Origin: Octopus bimaculoides
Taxonomy: Eukaryota
Direction of reading: 5' to 3'
NCBI RefSeq assembly: GCF_001194135.2
Contig: NC_068990.1
Location: 14,462,846 to 14,514,842, forward strand
DNA: 51,997 bases
How positions within the stretch are numbered: position 1 is the stretch's first letter; every line of letters starts with the position of its first letter. Under the pieces are notes generated by a model that ran no database searches, was not told where the DNA came from, and worked only from the letters and a program-made list of their open reading frames with translations. A program made the translations under genes and the position numbers. Below are positions 1 through 13,841 of this stretch, piece after piece.

Positions 1-1892
1 CGTTGCTGATGGTGCAACAGATGTTGTTGCTGACGGTGCAAGAGTTGTTGTTGCTGCTGTTGCTGTAGTCGTTGTTGCTGGTGGAGTAGTTGTTGTCGCT
101 GATGGTGCAGCGGTCGTTGTTGCTGAGGGTGCAGCCGTTGATGTTGCTGATGGTGCAGTAGATATCTCCGTCGTTACACCAGACGTTTGCTCAGAAACTA
201 CAACTGTAGGTGTACTTGCAGCAGTTGTTGTAGAGGGCACAATTGTGGTTGCTGTGGTCCCAGCTGTTGTTGTTGTTGCAGTACCAGTTGTTGCTGATGT
301 TCCCGTGGGAGATATTGCTGTTGTAGATGTTGTTTCTGTAGCAGTACTCGTTGTTGCTGATGGTGCAGCAGTCGTTGTGATTGCTGTTGTAGCACTTGTT
401 TTCACAGATGGTGCAGTAGTCGTTGCTGATGGTGCAACAGTTGTTGTTGCTGATGGTGGAGCAGTCGTTGTTGCTGATGCTNNNNNNNNNNCGGTACCAG
501 TTGTTGCTGATGGTGCAGTAGTTGTTGTTGCTGATGGTGCAGTAGATATCTCCGTCGTTACACCAGACGTTTGCTCAGAAACTACAACTGTAGGTGTACT
601 TGCAGCAGTTGTTGTAGAGGGCACAATTGTGGTTGCTGTGGTCCCAGCTGTTGTTGTTGTTTCAGTACCAATTGTTGCTGATGTTCCCGTAGGGGATATT
701 GCTGTTGTAGATGTTGTTTCTGTAGCAGTACTCGTTGTTGCTGATGGTGCAGCAGTCGTTGTTATTGCTGTTGTAGCACTTGTTTTCACAGATGGTGCAG
801 TAGTCGTTGCTGATGGTGCAACAGTTGTTGTTGCTGATGGTGCAACAGATGTTGTTGCTGATGGTGGAGCAGTCGTTGTTGCTGATGCTGCAACAGATGT
901 TGTTGCTGATGGTGCAACAGTTGTTGTTGTTGTTGCAGGACTTGTTTTCACAGATGGTACAGTTGTTGCCGATGATGCAGTCGTTGTTGCCGTCGATGCA
1001 GCAGTTGTTGTGGCTGATGGTGCAGCAGTTGTTGTTGCTGTTGTAACACTTGTTTTCACAGATGGTGCAGCAGTTGTTGTTGCTGATGGTGCAGCAGTTA
1101 TTGTTACTGATGGTGCAGCAGTTGTTGTTGCTGATGGTGCAGCAGTCGTTGTTGCTGATGGTGCAGCAGTCGTTGTTGCTGATGGTGCAGCAGTTGTTGT
1201 TGCTGATGGTGCAGTAGGTATCTCCGTCGTTACACCAGATGTTTGCTCAGAAACTACAACTGTAGGTGTACTTGCTGCAGTTGTTGTTGAGGGCACAATA
1301 GTGGTTGCTGTGGTCCCAACTGTTGTTGTTGTTGCGGTACCAGTTGTTGCTGATGGTGCAGTAGTTGTTGTTGCTGATGTTGGAGAAGTCGTTGTTGTTG
1401 CTGTTGTAGCTGTTGACACAGAGTATGTTGTTTGAGGTACAGCAGTGGTCGATGATGCCATAGTTACACCAGATGTAAGTTCTGAAACTGTAACAGTAGG
1501 GGTATGTGCAACAGTTGTTGATGCTGTAGTAGTTGTTGTGGTTGCACCAGTTGTTGTTACTGATGGTGTCATAGTTGATGGTGCTGGTGTTGCAGTTGTT
1601 GTTGTGGGTTTAGCTGTTGTTGATGAGGGTGATGCAGTAGTTGTTTTACTAAGTGTCACACTAGTTGCAGTAGGAGCAGTAGTTTTTGCACTGGAGCTTG
1701 CAGTGGTTGTTGCATAGGCAGTAGTTGTTCCCGCAGCTGCGGTAGTTGATATTACAGTTGGGGAAGCAGTTGTAGTTGCTGTTGGAGAGACGGTTGTCGT
1801 TCCTTCTGTTTCTGTGTACGCAGTTGCTGCTGTTGTTTTCATACTACTTGTAGTTGCTATGGATGTCGTCAATGAACTCAGTTTTGTTGAGC
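1..1892 (-). CDS. Large mucin PTS exon (~630 aa, Thr/Ala/Ser/Pro-rich, APSATTTA repeats), runs off the window
   Basis: Acceptor ttttctcttctccag|GC (phase 1): GSTKLSSLTTSIATTSSMKTTAAT... The frame is open to position 1 and preserved across the 10-N gap at 482-491. The ORF track shows only its antisense Val-rich shadow. Confidence 0.9.
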
Positions 1893-2405
1893 CTGGAGAA
1901 GAGAAAACAACTCTCATTAATAAATTTTCAATATTCTATTCTTTATATTTTCCCCAAATATTTTATTCTTTCATGATATTTTTTGATATTAATATCTACA
2001 GCTTAAACACATATTAACTTTTAATGCAATGAGTATGTCAATGGTAGGTTTGCTTAAACCATTATGTATTTTAGACTCATCAAGCTGCGCAATATTGCAG
2101 TTGTGGCAGATACTGGTGTCACACAAATTGGCACTCATGCCAGTGACACGTAAACACACCCCGGTGTCATGCAAATGGCACCCATGTCAGTAGCATGCAA
2201 AGGTATCCATTACACTCGCAGAGTGGTTGGCATTAGGAAGGACATCCAGCCACAGAAAACCACGCCAAATCAGACTGGAGTCTGGTGCCGCCTTCCAATG
2301 TGCCAGCCCAGTCAATCTATCCAGCCCATGCCAACATGAACAACAGACGTTAAATGATTATGATGATATATATATATTTCATCATCATCATTTAACGTCT
2401 GTTAA

Positions 2406-2456
<51 letters not shown>

Positions 2457-3789
2457 AGAATAATATAATATGAGGAAGCAGAATATCAGACTTTAATAGT
2501 AGCTCGCAACATTTGTTTCTGCACTGTACATCAGCCTTTAGATACTGTGTTTGCATTCTGCAATGCAGAAACAAATGCTGTGATCTACTATTAAAGGCTG
2601 ATATCTTCCATCCTTGTGTTATATTATTCTTGTATTAATCTTACACAAAGAGGAGTCCCACGTGTGCCCAGCCCTGGAATATATCCTACTGTAGGATATC
2701 ATGTAGTAGCCAGGTAGTGACTTAAGAGCTATTAAATGCATGTTATGAGGTCTTCACCTAAATTATATTAAATATATATAGCTGCAGATGTAGCTGCATG
2801 GTAAGAAGCTTGCTTTCCAACCACATTGTTCCAGGTTCAGTCCCACTGTGTGGCACCTTGGGCAAATGTTTTCTACTACAGCCACAGGCTGACCAAAGCC
2901 TTGAGCGGATTTAGTAGATGGAAACAGAAAGAAACCTGTTGTATATTTAGGAATATATATATCTATCTATGTATGTGTGTGTCTTCGTGTGTATGTGTGT
3001 GTATGTGTCCACCATTTGATGGCCAGTGCTGGTGTGTTAACGTCCTCATAACTTAGCAGTTCAGCAAAAGAGACTGATAGAATAAGTACCAGGCTTTAGA
3101 AAGAAAAGTACTGAGGTTGATAAATTCAACTAGAAGTTCTTCAAGACAGTGCCCCAGTATGGCCACAGTTTACTGACTGAAACAAGTAAAAAGTGAAAAA
3201 ATAAGAGGTGTATGTGTGTGTGTGTGTGCGTGAATGTGTTTGTGAGAGTGTGCATGGTATATATATGTATGTATAAATACAAACTTGTTCTCAGTTCAAA
3301 TATGCTTGAGGCATACTCAAACCCATAGGAAAGCCATTCACTCTGTGTGTGTGTGTGTGTTTGCTGTGTGTATGCGCATGTATGCATGTGTGTGCGTGTG
3401 TGTCAGCAATCTGGATAGCTAAAATTAGTTATTTAATAAGACATTAAATCTAAGAAACTGTGAGATTACAAACCTGTTGAAGTCTTAGTGTATTTTGGCG
3501 TCAGTGGAGAAGTACCAGTGGCTGCAATAAAAATGAATAAAATATTGATTAGACTTAAACAAAGCAATTTGATTATTTTTGTGAGTAAAGACCTATCAGG
3601 TGAAGTGAGCTCATATTATAAAACTCAAAGAAGATAAAAAGTAAAATGGACTACACTAAGATTTGTATTCAGAACAATGGTGTTACTAGTGAAATAGAAT
3701 TAGCCATCTGGTTACATATTCTTATAATTTTGTCTACCCAGAACTATGCATTGATTCATCAGTATTGGTATTAGATTGGCTCTCTGTTG

Positions 3790-4082
3790 GTTACAACAAC
3801 AAGGGCTTCAGTTGATCCGATCTACGAAACAGCTTGCTTGTGGCTAAACACTCCACAGACACATGTACCATTAATATAGCTTTTAGGGAGATTCAGCGTA
3901 ATACAGAATGTGACAAGGCTCACCCTTTGAATTACAGGCACTGCAATTTTTGCCAGCGGAGTGGACTTGGAGCAATGTAAAATAAAGCGTCTTGCTCAAG
4001 GACACAATATGCCACCAGAAATCGAACTCATGACCTTATAATTGGGAACTGAATACCCTGACCACTAAGCCACACTTCTTCG
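3790..4082 (-). mobile_element. Degenerate tRNA-derived SINE (family D)
   Basis: Minus-strand head gtggcttagtggtcagggtattc...gagttcgatttc...ttgtgtccttgagcaagac. Related copies at about 5745-5942, 6655-6832, 37095-37408, 39885-40165, and a tail end at 16155-16180. Confidence 0.65.
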
Positions 4083-7000
4083 GTATTAGTACCAGTCAGT
4101 GATCCACCTGAACCAAGATGAAAGCGTGAGTAGTCAACTGACAGAGAAGTCTGCCTTCAAAGAATGTCCTGTTTCAACCAGTTTTAACCAGTTTTAACTC
4201 TTAACTCTTTTGTTACCATATTGCTGTTGAAATTACTGCTTTTGATTCAATTAATTTTGAAAATAATGAAGTCAGTAAAATGAGAGCAATTGTTAAGCTG
4301 GTGTTTGGAACATAGATTAACACTTTAGCATTCAGATTACTCTTGAATTAATCATGCACTTATCTTGTAGCTTTGAGACTTCAATGAAGTGAGTGTATGT
4401 TTCTAGAATGATATTGTTGGGTAGTTATGAGAGGCCAAAGATGGCTGGTTTGGAAATAAAACAGATATTTGGACTGGATATGGCCAGTTTAAATGCTAAA
4501 GGATTAACATGTAATTTTGATGGGAAGACTTGAATTTAGATCACTTTAACACAGGTTTGTATCATTGGACTAAGGATGATTTCAGACAGGTCAGGATCAA
4601 ATGAGTTAAATATTAGAATAGAAAACTACATAAAATATATCAGAAAACACAAAAATATGTAGCATTGAAATTTAAGAAAGTAATATTTTTCTCCAAATTA
4701 TTTTTCTGTAAAAATGCTTCTATCAAGAACTCTGTTCCTACCCATATTTACCTATATAACAACTAGTTAGCAACAGTTCAAACCCTCCGTACTAACATAT
4801 CATGTTCTCAGTTTGAAAAAACAATGGTGATTCTCTCTTCCCACCACTTTTTTTTCTCTCACTCTCTCACCAACTCTGAATAATTAGTAGTCTACAGTAG
4901 ATAAATTTCAATAATTAGAAGTTGTGTTTCATAATTGGAATATTAAGATTCTAGCCATCATTGCCATGGATGTATAACAAAAAAAAAACAACAACCCAGT
5001 GGAGACCATCCTTTTTCAACTTCTGTTCCTGTTAGGGTTTAAACTGAATCGTAAACATTGGCAAAAAATGTCAAATAAAAATTGTTCCTGCTGAATACTT
5101 TGGTCTGTTTTCCCAAACCCCATAGAATTTAAATTACCAGAATTTTAGCAAAATCATTGAGGGTTAAATATTTTGAGCTTGGGATATAGAGTAATGCCAA
5201 TGCTAGGATTGGCATTAGTAAGCCGCTCAACCTAATACACATAAACTAATATACTTGGACATTCATGCCTTTCCTAAAAATATCCTTACCATAAATGAAA
5301 TGATACAGCTTTAACAAAGAAGTCCAGCTCACAGAAGTAGTTCTTCTCTAGATTTTATATATTACTGTCTAACTTCACAGTTTTCCCCTACAGTATTTTA
5401 AACATATAGCATGTAAACCAATCAAAGATATTTGAAAAATTTCTATATAAAATAACTTCATAAAACTTATCACTGAGACATTAGTGTTAATAATATAATA
5501 TAAGTAAAATCTGACATTTAAGACAACGCTTGAGACATGACAGTGAAACTGAAATTAAATGTCACTAAGTTGTCTTCACTTTTGACATATTTAAAGCAAC
5601 TTGAGTTTACATAGCACATGAATGAATGAATGAATGAATGAATGAATAATCTCAACATCTTGGTTGAGATTAGGATAAAATGAAAATAGGATAAAGATCC
5701 TTCCTGAATCATATAGACTCTTGGATCTGGTTTTCCAGTTTCCTTAACACACATATTTTTCCCCCTGGATGGGATGCTAGTCCATTGCAGGATTACCCAT
5801 TTTTGCCAGCTGAGTGGACTGGAGCAATGGGGAAATGGAGTGTCTTGCTCAAGGACACAACACATCCACCAGTTCAGAAATCAAAACCACAAACTTATGA
5901 TCATGAGTCCAACGCCCTAACCACTGAGCTATGTGTCTCCACATGTCGAGATTAGGGGTCTCAAACAATCGCATAGCAAGGGGAAGGTGAGGGGGTGATC
6001 CACCTTGTGTGGCACTTCTATGGGGGAGGCACTTTTGGATCTGCTGTGTAAAGCAGTATCAGCTTTGGGGGCCTGGAGGTGGGGAGCAAATTCAAGGGTT
6101 GTTCTAAGCAGCACACACTTAAGCAACACCACAGGAATCAGGTACAACTCATTTAATATGTTTTCTAGAATTCATCAGAATGAATAGCTTTGGTGGGCTC
6201 CAAGTTCTCTTCTGGCACAGTTTATTAAAGAATCATAAGAAGCTAATGCATAATCCTAAATAAGATGATACACTGGAAAATGTAGTCCTGCATAACCTCA
6301 AAAGACTGGTTTATCACAGAGAAAGGGCTTTTTATCATAGGTCAATTCAGTCAGGATTCACTTTGAACTATAAACTATTGTATCAGTAATTACCACACAA
6401 TATTGTCATAAACATTGGATACTGTATCCTTACATAAACAATATTTCAGACAAAAAATTAAGAGGGGTTGGCATGGCTGTAACAACTTTGAGTTCAACTA
6501 GAGTAGGACTGAATTGGGGCTGAACATCTGATAATTTGCTTTGAGGCCCTTTAAAAGGAATAATGATATTTACTTGGGTATGGGGGTTAGTCCAAATTAC
6601 TCTCTAAGGGGCATGGGGCTGCTTTCTTGGTTTCTCTGGCATATATATTCCTCTCTGGACAGGATACCAGTCAGTCACTGTATAATTCATTTTTTACCAG
6701 TTGAGTGGACTGAAGAGTGAAATGAAGTGTTTTGCTCAAGAACACAATGCATTGCCCAGTCCAGGAATTGAAACTACAATTTAATGATCATGACTCCAAC
6801 ACCCCTAACCACTAAGTTATGTGCCTCCACTTCAATTGGGTATAATGTAAGATATTTAATATAAAAGATCACAATCAAAACTGGCAGGTAACATCACACA
6901 CAAGTGTAGTTTAAATGAAAAGACAGAAAAATTCAAATACATTACTGAATATTCCTTAAACAAGCCTTATTCAGAGACCTTTTGAGCAAAATGGGCTGCT

Positions 7001-7207
7001 TGACCTGAAGAAAATTCTAACTGGGCCCCACCTGCAAGGTCATGAGCTGCTTATCTTGATATGAGATCAGCATGTCATGTGCATATGGTTGTGATGGATG
7101 TACCTGGTGTACTATTATCAGACAGGTAGCCATGATGGGTACATTGGGCTTCATATATTTGTACCACAGTGTCACTTTGATGGCATGCAAATAATAATAA
7201 TAATAAT

Positions 7208-7495
7208 CATCATCATCATCGTTTAACGTCCGCTTTCCATGCTAGCATGGGTTGGACGATTTGACTGAGGACTGGTGAAACCGGATGGCAACACCAGGCT
7301 GCAATCTAAATTTGGCAGAGTTTCTACAGCTGGATGCCCTTCCTAACGCCAACCACTCAGAGAGTGTAGTAGGTGCTTTTACGTGTCACCCGCACGAAGG
7401 CCAGTCAGGCGATACTGGCAACGGCCACGCTTGAAATGGTGTCTTTTATGTGCCACCCGCACAAGAGCCAGTCCAGGGGCACTGGCAACGATCTC
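7208..7495 (-). mobile_element. RTE-LINE 3' UTR copy (cut by gap)
   Basis: Same family sequence as 24854-25126. Confidence 0.8.
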
Positions 7496-8627
7496 NNNNN
7501 NNNNNNNNNNNNNNNNNNNNNNNNNNNNNNNNNNNNNNNNNNNNNNNNNNNNNNNNNNNNNNNNNNNNNNNNNNNNNNNNNNNNNNNNNNNNNNNNNNNN
7601 NNNNNNNNNNNNNNTATATAGGTGCAGGAGTGGCTGTGTAGTAAGTAGCTTGCTTACCAACCACATAGTTCTGGGTTCAGTCCCACTGCATGGCACCTTG
7701 GGCAAGTGTCTTCTACTATAGCCTCATGCTGACCAAAGCCTTGTGAGTGGATTTGGTAGACGGAAACTGAAAGAAGCCCGTCGTATATATGTATGTGTAT
7801 ATATATATATGTGTGTGTGTGTATGTGTGTCTGTGTTTGTCTTCTATTATAGCCTCAGGCCAACCAAAGCCTTGGGAGTATAGAAACCGGGAAACCGGGC
7901 CCATGAGCCTGGCTAGGCTTTAAAAAAGAGCGCATAAATAAATAAAGTTGCTGGCCTTGTGCCACAATTGGAAACCATTATTTCACTGTTTCTCAAGCCC
8001 TCTCATTATTCTGCTTAGTAAGACATCATTTTCCTGACCTCCTCTCCAACCCATGCCATTTTAGATAACAGTTTTTCACGAGTTGCATACGGTTACTGTT
8101 TTCATGTTCAGACAAACTATCAAACAGCTTTCTTCATTTCTGTTTCTGCACCCCCAATCTGCTTTGGATGCTATGATTGATTGTGGTCTTTGTACTTGCG
8201 ATTTCATTCTTAGCCTGAAAATCCTATCGGGCATACAATTACAAACGAGCACTGCCTTTCAGGTTTCAACACATTCCCCTTTGATCTGCAAGCAAGAAAA
8301 TCATACATTTCCCCCCTGCTTCCGTACAGGTGTTGTACAAACTCTTTGAGAATAATCTAGAAGCTATGCAGTTCTAAACCTCAGAACTTCAATCCATACA
8401 AAACCATTTATGTCAAGTAAAAGTTCAACTGACCTAATGATCTTCAGGGAGTTCAGTATAATATGTACAACTTGTCACCAGCCACTACCCTTTTATCTTC
8501 AAGTAACACACACATACACACACACACATACATATATATGTGTATATACATATATGTATATACATATATGTATATACATATATGTATATACATATGTGTG
8601 TGTGCAAGTATGCGTGTAGGCACAGGC

Positions 8628-8661
<34 letters not shown>

Positions 8662-9436
8662 GCTCCAAATTTTGGCCAGCAGTTTCAGGGAGGGGTTAGT
8701 TGATTACATCAACCCTAGTACTTGACTGGTACTTATTTTATCGACCTCCAAGAGGACTAAAGGCAAAGTTGAGCCTAGTGGAATTTGAACTCAAATTGTA
8801 AAGGTGGTCTAAATACCACTAAACATTTTTCCCGATGTGCTAACAGTTCTGCCAGCTCACCACCTTAATAATAATAATAACAATAATCCTTTCTACTATA
8901 GGCACCAGGCCCGAAATTTGGGGGCAAGGGGGCTAGTCAATTTGAACTCAGAACGTAATGATGAATTAAAAGACTGCTGAGCATTTTGCCCTGCAATCTA
9001 ACGATTTTGCCAACTCTACTCCTTAATCATATTATTATTATTATCAATAATAATAATAATAATAATAATAAACACTTTCAATACAGTAACCATAAGGGCA
9101 TCACAGCAAACCACAGCACATACTCAAGGCACACAGAGCTGCGCTCGGTAGTGAAGTGAAAGCATGTTATAAAAATAAAACTACTGAACAATAATAATAA
9201 TAATAGTAATAATAATAATAATAATAATAAAATTAATAATAATAAGGACGAAAATAATAATGGACGAGTCAGGCAGCTAAAACAGTTTCTTGGAGATTTT
9301 CATAAACATAAAGATAAAAGGTATCACTAATATCAAGTGCCAAATATCCAATTAAATATTACATATTTATGAAGTTATTGTATATACACAACAATAGAAA
9401 TATTTCCAAAATTGTAATACGATTACAAAACAGTAC

Positions 9437-10359
9437 CTGCAGTGGTCACCGATATTGTTGAAGAAGGCTGTGTTAAGATTGGAGTACTAGTCACTGGTGA
9501 CATACTAGTTGATGAACCGCTTGTAGGTAGCATTGGTGTGGCAGTTGTGTATGGTGATGTAGATTGTGTAGGTTTTGAAGTAGTCGCCATTGATGGTGAA
9601 CCAGTGGTTTGTTTTATTGTACTGGATGTTAATGGAGTGCTTTCCATTGTTGGTGGACCAGTTGTTGGTACTGATGCACCTGTTGTAACTGGAGGACTTT
9701 TCGTTGTTGGTGGACCAGTTGTTGGTACTGATGCACCTGTTGTAACTAGAGTACTTTCTGTNNNNNNNNNNTTGGTGGACCAGTTGTTGGTACTGATGCA
9801 CCTGTTGTAACTGGAGGACTTTTCGTTGTTGGTGGACCAGTTGTTGGTACTGATGCACCTGTTGTAACTAGAGTACTTTCTGTTGTTGGTACTGATGTAC
9901 CTGTTGTAACTGGAGGACTTTTCGTTGTTGGTGGACCAGTTGTTGGTATTGATGCACCTGTTGTAACTAGAGTACTTTCCGTTGTTGGTACTGATGCACC
10001 TGTTGTAACTGGAGTACTTTCCGTTGTTGGTATTGATGCACCTGTTGTAACTGGAGTACTTTCCGCTGTTGGTACTGATGCACCTGTTGTAACTGGAGTA
10101 CTTTCCGTTGTTGGTGGACCAGTTGTTGGTGGACCAGTTGTTGGTACTGATGCACCTGTTGTAACTAGAGTACTTTCCGTTGTTGGTACTGATGCACCTG
10201 TTGTAACTGGAGTACTTTCCGTTGTTGGTACTGATGAACCTGTTGTAACTGGAGTACTTTCCGTTGTTGGTACTGATGCACCGGTTGTAACTGGAGTACT
10301 TTTCGTTGTTGGTGGACCAGTTGTTGGTGGACCAGTTGTTGGTACTGATGCACCTGTTG
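9437..10359 (-). CDS. Mucin tandem-repeat exon, 5' end lost in gap (units TTGASVPTTESTPV and TTGASVPTTGPPTTKSPPV)
   Basis: T/S/P-rich open frame on each side of the 10-N placeholder at 9762-9771. Donor GCAG|gtactg (phase 1) at 9437; the acceptor is inside gap 10360-11114. Confidence 0.85.
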
Positions 10360-11785
10360 NNNNNNNNNNNNNNNNNNNNNNNNNNNNNNNNNNNNNNNNN
10401 NNNNNNNNNNNNNNNNNNNNNNNNNNNNNNNNNNNNNNNNNNNNNNNNNNNNNNNNNNNNNNNNNNNNNNNNNNNNNNNNNNNNNNNNNNNNNNNNNNNN
10501 NNNNNNNNNNNNNNNNNNNNNNNNNNNNNNNNNNNNNNNNNNNNNNNNNNNNNNNNNNNNNNNNNNNNNNNNNNNNNNNNNNNNNNNNNNNNNNNNNNNN
10601 NNNNNNNNNNNNNNNNNNNNNNNNNNNNNNNNNNNNNNNNNNNNNNNNNNNNNNNNNNNNNNNNNNNNNNNNNNNNNNNNNNNNNNNNNNNNNNNNNNNN
10701 NNNNNNNNNNNNNNNNNNNNNNNNNNNNNNNNNNNNNNNNNNNNNNNNNNNNNNNNNNNNNNNNNNNNNNNNNNNNNNNNNNNNNNNNNNNNNNNNNNNN
10801 NNNNNNNNNNNNNNNNNNNNNNNNNNNNNNNNNNNNNNNNNNNNNNNNNNNNNNNNNNNNNNNNNNNNNNNNNNNNNNNNNNNNNNNNNNNNNNNNNNNN
10901 NNNNNNNNNNNNNNNNNNNNNNNNNNNNNNNNNNNNNNNNNNNNNNNNNNNNNNNNNNNNNNNNNNNNNNNNNNNNNNNNNNNNNNNNNNNNNNNNNNNN
11001 NNNNNNNNNNNNNNNNNNNNNNNNNNNNNNNNNNNNNNNNNNNNNNNNNNNNNNNNNNNNNNNNNNNNNNNNNNNNNNNNNNNNNNNNNNNNNNNNNNNN
11101 NNNNNNNNNNNNNNTACCATCCATCTTTTTTTATATTATATATTATATATTCCATATTCTATATCCCACATAAATTTTACAAGAATATAAATAAATAACA
11201 TAAAAAACAGACAGAGTTGGAACTCTTTTAAATAAAATAATATATTCCTCTATACACGATCATACAAAACCCTTTTTTTTTATTTATTTTTACTCACATA
11301 TATATATATATATATATATAAAAGGAAAATAAGACAAGGTAAAAAATGCTAAAATATTTGTGTGTTTGTGTCTGTGTTTGTCCCCCCACCAACTAATGTT
11401 AGTGTGTTTACATCCCCGTAACCTAGCAGTTCAGCAAAAGAATCCAATAGAAGAATTACTCAGTTACTAAAGAAAAAGTCCTGGGTTCAATTGAAACTCA
11501 ACTGAAACTCTTTAAGGTGGTGCTCCAGCATGGCTGCAATCAAATGACTGAAACATGTAAAAGAATAAAAGAATATATATATAGATTTAGTGTACAATAT
11601 ATGTATTTATATAATCCAGTGATAATCACAAAAAAGCTCCTTTAGTGGACCTAGCTTCAAGCTACATATACTGATTTTGAAAAATTGATGCAACCATGTT
11701 ATTCTGTTGATCTGAAGAGCGAGCCTTCCATACTTGCATTGGTTTTTAAAATGTACAATAGTACTATGCAATTTATAGCATACAC

Positions 11786-12250
11786 GCTGGTGGCACGTTA
11801 GAAAATCACTCGAACGATTTTCTAACATGCCACCAGCATGAGTGCTAGAAGGTGACGCTGGTAACAATTACGCTCAAATAGCACCATTTGAGCGTAATTG
11901 TTACCAGCGTCGCCTTCTAGAACTCATGCTGGTGGCACGTTAGAAAATCATTTGAGCGAGGCTGTTGCCAGTGCCGCTGGACTGGCTCCTGTGCAGGTGG
12001 CATGTGAAAAACACCTTTTTGAGCGTGACCGTTGCCAGTACCGTGTGACTGGCCCTTGTGCCAGTAGCACGTAAAAGCACCCACTACACTCTCGGAGTGG
12101 TTGGCGTTAGGGAGGGCATCCAGCTGTAGAAACTCTGTCAAATCAGATTGGAGCCTGGTGCAGCCATCTGGTTCGCCAGTCCTCAGTCAAATCATCCAAC
12201 CCATGCTAGCATGGAAGGCGGACGTTAAACGATGATGATGATGATGATGA
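11786..12250 (+). mobile_element. RTE-LINE 3' UTR copy with inverted duplication at its 5' end
   Basis: Ends ccaacccatgctagcatggaaggcggacgttaaacgatgatgatg; 11786-11949 is a fold-back of element-derived sequence. Confidence 0.8.
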
Positions 12251-13294
12251 CACTAATGCAGACATTCAAAAAAATTTTTTGTACACTAAAATGAATTATA
12301 TTTGCATGGCATTGACTGCGAAATGGCTGTCATCCTAAGGAGATCAACTAGTGAAATACATATTTATCTCATACCTCCTGATTTTCTTTACATTCTACAC
12401 ACACACATATAAGTATATATATGTATATATATATGTGTATCCAGCATTAAACTAGAATTGTTGTAGCAATTCAATTATCAGTGTTTGTTATTCAATCAGA
12501 ATTGTACTATTTAAGCATATAAAGAAAAACATATATATATGTACAAGGGATTTTATTTGTTATATCTATTTAATAGGTTAATATGGCTTTTATTAATAAG
12601 CTATAAGCTACAGTATGTTCGATTTTGTTATCATTATTGTAACAATAACTGTGTCACAAAAGCAATGAATTCTTATAAGAGCCATAAAGCATTTGGTTAA
12701 ATATTTCAAGGAAAGAAAAAGATCTGAATACATATTCCTCATTTGGACAAGCTTCACTTGAAAATGTTTGGAATAAACAAGAAATAAAAATTCATTATTA
12801 GAAAGGGTACAGAATGGAAATTCCTAAGGACATACAAACTTCTTATTATTTTCACTTGAAATGCCTCAACCATAATGTCGTGTTTGTAAGACATTTTAGA
12901 ATATGTTGGTTATGCAAACAACAGCCTATACACACGTACATACACAGCACCATGATAAAGTAACAAACAAATATATTTATAGAAGCTCTACTCCACAGTG
13001 TTGTACCTTGATTAAAACGCTGTGTAGAATGTGTACGATGCAAAGAAGGAAGCTTAATTGAATACTTCTGGCTTTTTGTTTATTTATGGCTTTTGTTTGT
13101 TTTAGATAAATTGATGAGATGAAATCATGTTTGCGAACCATGTGTTTATATATAAATGTCTACCAAACCTCTCTACCTGTCTGTTTGTCTGTCTATCAGC
13201 CCGTCTCTCTCTCTCTCTCTCCTTTCTGTATATATTGATAAATAGATAGATAGATTACACACACACACACACACATATATGTGCGTGTATATAT

Positions 13295-13802
13295 CATCAT
13301 CATCATCATCATCATCGTTTAACGTCCGCCTTCCATGCTAGCATGAGTTGGACGATTTGACTGAGGACTGGCGAACCAGATGGTTACACCAGGCTCCAAT
13401 CTGATTTGGCAGAGTTTCTACAGCTGGATGCCCTTCCTAACGCCAACCACTCCGAGAGTGTAGTGGGTGCTTTTACGTGCCACCAGCACGAAGGCCAGTC
13501 AGGCGGTACTGGCAATGGCTACACTCAAAAAGGTGTTTTTTACATGCCACCTGCACAGGAGCCAGTCCAGTAGCACTGGCAGTGACCTCACTGGAATATT
13601 TTTTCGCGTGCCACCGGCACGAGTTCTAGAAGGCGACGCTGGTAACAATCATGTTTAAATGGTGCTATTTACATGCCACTGGCACGGAAGCCAGACAGCT
13701 GCTCTGGCAATGATCACGCTCGGACGGTGCTCTTAGTGCTCCACTGGTACAGGTGCCATCACGATTTCGATTTCACTTGCCCCAACAGGTCTTCGCAAGC
13801 CG
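13295..13802 (-). mobile_element. RTE-LINE 3' UTR copy with (GAT)n tail
   Basis: catcatcatcgtttaacgtccgccttccatgctagcatg...ggatgcccttcctaacgccaaccactccgagagtgtag, near-identical to 24854-25126. Confidence 0.8.

Positions 13803-13841
<39 letters not shown>

Noticed and set aside
245-1717. Plus-strand Val/Ala/Asp-rich ORFs (396 aa etc.) and poly-Gln ORFs
   Set aside because: Antisense or alternate-frame shadows of the Thr-rich (ACA/ACT) minus-strand mucin exon; they have no independent splice or domain support. The same applies to 9442-9810.
5290-5347. Possible exon ending at a G|gtaagg donor
   Set aside because: No pyrimidine tract, 58 nt is not phase 1-1 compatible, and the translation does not fit the protein.
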